Shown here: positions 60,501 through 64,000 of the stretch, piece after piece
How positions within the stretch are numbered: the stretch's first letter is position 1
How the letters are laid out: each line of letters opens with the position of its first letter
NCBI RefSeq assembly: GCF_000181795.1
Contig: NW_003526948.1
Location: 816,691-880,690, forward strand
Direction: 5' to 3'
Length of the DNA: 64,000 bases
Source: Trichinella spiralis
Lineage: Eukaryota
The notes under the pieces: generated by a model
The model's database searches: none
Told to the model about the DNA's origin: nothing
What the model saw: only the letters and a program-made list of their open reading frames with translations
Made by a program: the position numbers and the translations under genes

Positions 60501-63500
60501 AGTGCTAATCATATTTGAACGGGATAAATTAATGTTTGAATATGGCAGCGATTTCTTTCATATAATTGCAATGCACATTACAGAAACGTTCAACGCATTC
60601 AGAAATGAATTCAAGACTGCATTGATTAATTGAATGATACGTAGATCTATGTTACTGCCAGCTGATTTTCAGGTAACACTGCATAATGGACTGTATGTAA
60701 GAGACTTTATTCAAATTGATTATTATGAGAATCAAAAGATCAAAATAGATTGCTCATAAACTTTTTACATCTACTTTAGCTTAATAATTAATTTTTTTCA
60801 ATTTATAAATATAACTAGAACGTCAACAAAAAAGTTATGCTTTGTGAACTATGCTTACTGTATAATTTTTGATTTGATAACTTTTCCGTCAAGCTGTCAT
60901 TTTCTCAACTTGAAGATAGTGTCAGAAAATACCTTCTGTTTTCTTTGCAGCATGAAAATAAAACATAGTCATGTTTTCCGTTTTTGAAAACAGTTTTTTT
61001 ATTGAATTTTGAAGCAGATTTTATTAAAATGCTTCATTATGATAATTTTGATAGAAACGGCATTTTTTCAACGAGTAATGTATATAAAAATGAGTTTCAT
61101 TTATCATTTATTATCAAAAAGTTTAATAAAATGATATGAACGAGAATTGAATAACTGAAGATGCAAAACAGAGAGGAAAATAAAAAAACAGTTCGTAACT
61201 CATTGGTGTAAAACCTAGAACTATCTATCGACACATACAAGCATTGATCATTTAAAAGCAGAATAGAAAGCAGTTACTTGTTTACTACTTTTCTCTTTTA
61301 ACAAGCCGACGTAAAAAGTAATGGACGCTAGGACTGTGCTAGAACTTTAAAAAAATTCTCCACTGATTTTCATTATGAAATTACATTTAAAATATGCAAA
61401 TTAAACATTCGAAAAAATGTGTGAATTTTACTGTAGTTTTTATAGTTTGAACTGTCTGTAGTTCCAGAACTTTAATTTCATAATTTTAAAAATTATTTAA
61501 GTTTTTTTATTTTTTGCTTGATTTATAATGTAAGGTAGTATTTCTAAAACAGTAAAATGTGCGTTCAGTTTTCATTTCAACAACATTATGATGAAATTAT
61601 AAGCATTGAAATTTTATTTTTTTATTTCTAAACGGATAATGAATGTCGTCGATCAGTTTTGACTATATTTGATAATCTGTTGTCATGTAAAACTTCTTTG
61701 AAAAGGATAAAGTATTAAAATTTAAATAATGATTTTGATTTTAATTTATTATATCATGTTAAGTAATTTCTTAACAGACTGGAATTGTAAAAATGACCAG
61801 TTTCAAGTGAATCAAAAGCAATGACCAGTTTTCTGAAACTCTGCAGCACGTATTTTGCCCCGCCTTCTATTGAAAATGATATGAAAATCTTTTCATTCCA
61901 TTATTGCATAAAATATTTAGAAATTTTTTGAAAATGTTTAATCTTATTTAAAAAGTAAAGCTGAAAATTTATGCAGTCTCAACAATTAAAACTAAATCAA
62001 AAACAAAAGCTCTATGACAAGATTATAAGCAATTTATTTCTGCTATTTTTTTCTAAATAAAAAAAGATCAGCATTACTTCTAATAAAGTGGAAAATATTA
62101 TTTTACAATAATGATTAATTTTTATCTTTTGTGAATGAAAGCATAATTAAAATGAATTGTTTACAAAAATTTGTAGAAAAGAAAAAAGATATATATATAT
62201 ATATAAGTGATGTTGATTAAATGTTTTCTCCCTAAGCATCAGTTCATCTTAAACAGCCCATTTTGTATTTAAAAGAACAAAGGTGAGCATCAAACAATTT
62301 GTTATTTGAAACTAAACAACAGAATATAAACCAATTTAAAATTTAATATGTGAAATTTTCAAAAATTTATCAATTTCAATATTCTGACACTACAATATAT
62401 TTAAAAGTTTGACAAGGATTTCCAAATTAAAATTCTACAAAGATTAATTGTTTCTATTTTTTGCTACGACACTTACCTGTAATGTGAACATGATCTATTA
62501 CTGACAGTCGAAAACAAATCAATGTTAAAATTTCCTTTTGTTTATATGCATTTATCATTTTTAAAATATAACTTTTATGCATTTTAATGTTTCAACGAGA
62601 AAAATCCCTATATTCTATCAGGATGCATATTAAAATTTCATTATTCATATTTTAAACAATACGCTGTGGCAAGCAATTGGAATTCAAATATTGAATTCAG
62701 CAATCGAATTATAAATAAAAATTTTATAAAAAACTTGAATTTGCATGAAATAATATTATATTTCTGTTTTGATGATCAAATTGATTATGTATTATAAGCA
62801 ATAATTGTACATAAACTGACATAGGATAGGGGAATTGCTAACGAATCAAAGAATTGCTAACGCTAATGTATCAGAGACAGTCATTCTAAAAAGCATTTGC
62901 ATATATGGATATTTATATATGCTTGTGTATGCATGTATGTATGCATGTAATTTAAATATTGTCCCTTTAATTTTGTATGACTTTCTGTTAAAGTTCAACA
63001 ACTCCCAAACAAGGAAGTAATGTGCTGTGAAAAGGAAAAAACTCGTTCAAGCATTAAAAGTAAACAGTTTGGAAATAGCAAATATTATTGAAGAGCAACA
63101 ATTTCAATTCTATTTAATTTCAACTAATCATTTATTATCCAATAAAAGATTCAAGTGGACTATTCGACTGATATTTCAGCTTAAGGAAGAGAAAGAGGAA
63201 AAGACATCATGCTGTTTCAATATTGAAAAAAATTAAAATTTGCAGCAAATGTGCAGTTTTTTACAATTAAAAGAGAAAAGCCTAATATCAGACTAAATGG
63301 TCGTTGTTATTTATTATAAATGTTTCTATAAACTTTTCAATTTTTGTTCACTTATATTCATGAATCTTTTGCAGTATTGTAAACTTATTGCAACTTGAAT
63401 ACGTAGTGAAATATTTAAATAAAATCAGCAGTACCAATTGCAAAATGTTAAATATATTAAAATGAGCATTAATTATGTAAAAGAAAAAAAAGAAAGAAAA

Positions 63501-64000
63501 ATGAAGGTACCAGTTTATGTCATGCTTCATGTGTTCTTTCATTTTACAAGGTTTACAACAAAATCCATACGCTTGACAGAACTGTAACTGGTTGTTGAAG
63601 GTTCAAAACTGCTACAATATTAAATTTTAACATAATATTTCTTTTAATAAATTTTACAAACAAGTTATTCTTTAATTGTAAAATGTTTAATTTAAACTGC
63701 ACTGTTGCATAATTTATTAGAAAGCGTAAAATACTTTCATAAACTTTTAAATATGAATATATAAAAATGGGCAGCTTAAAGTGCTTTTATATTCAAAATA
63801 AAAAAAAGAAAGAAAAATTTGGATAATTGAAAAATTAAATTATAATTTAGTGACCACAAACTATTTATTTAATTTTGGCACTGAATCAGTGCATTATCAA
63901 ATAGAATCATCATCATCTAGTGGTGATGGATTGTATAGTTAGCAGGCGGCAGTAAGTACCATTTTCAAATCTGAAGCAGTTGAAAATATGGAAATTATTC

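Noticed and set aside
57600..64000. Short ORFs downstream of RERE
   Set aside because: Consistent with 3' UTR and intergenic sequence; no domain or splice-chain support.
1..64000. CRISPR arrays, prokaryotic defence systems, tRNA/rRNA genes, U12-type introns, telomerase RNA template
   Set aside because: The DNA is eukaryotic. I saw no repeat-spacer array, no tRNA box A/B cloverleaf and no [AG]TATCCTT donors. Isolated CTAACCCT or GCCTAA matches lack supporting structure.

Overview
AT-rich, intron-dense eukaryotic DNA. The TTTTCAG-like acceptors, 50-80 nt introns and unpaired acceptors just before start codons point to a nematode, plausibly a Trichinella-like clade I species (inference). I reconstructed five protein-coding genes by hand, exon by exon, with consistent phases. 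Three lie tightly packed on the minus strand: RTRAF/C14orf166, then an intronless AK6/Fap7, then FCHo (F-BAR + mu-homology domain). This cluster has operon-like intercistronic signals. On the plus strand are a Shaw/Kv3 potassium channel with variant pore and S6 motifs, and an 18-exon RERE/atrophin (EGL-27-like) gene with BAH-ELM2-SANT-GATA domains, an Atro box and an HX repeat. The least explained signal is a series of GC-rich, G.U-containing stem-loops on the sense strand of the four large RERE introns. The most striking is a ~180-nt three-hairpin cloverleaf ending in T7 (49349-49531), a candidate intronic structured ncRNA that I could not assign to a known family. All pairings were found by eye; no folding or database search was run. 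Most short ORFs in the ORF track are exon fragments or noise.
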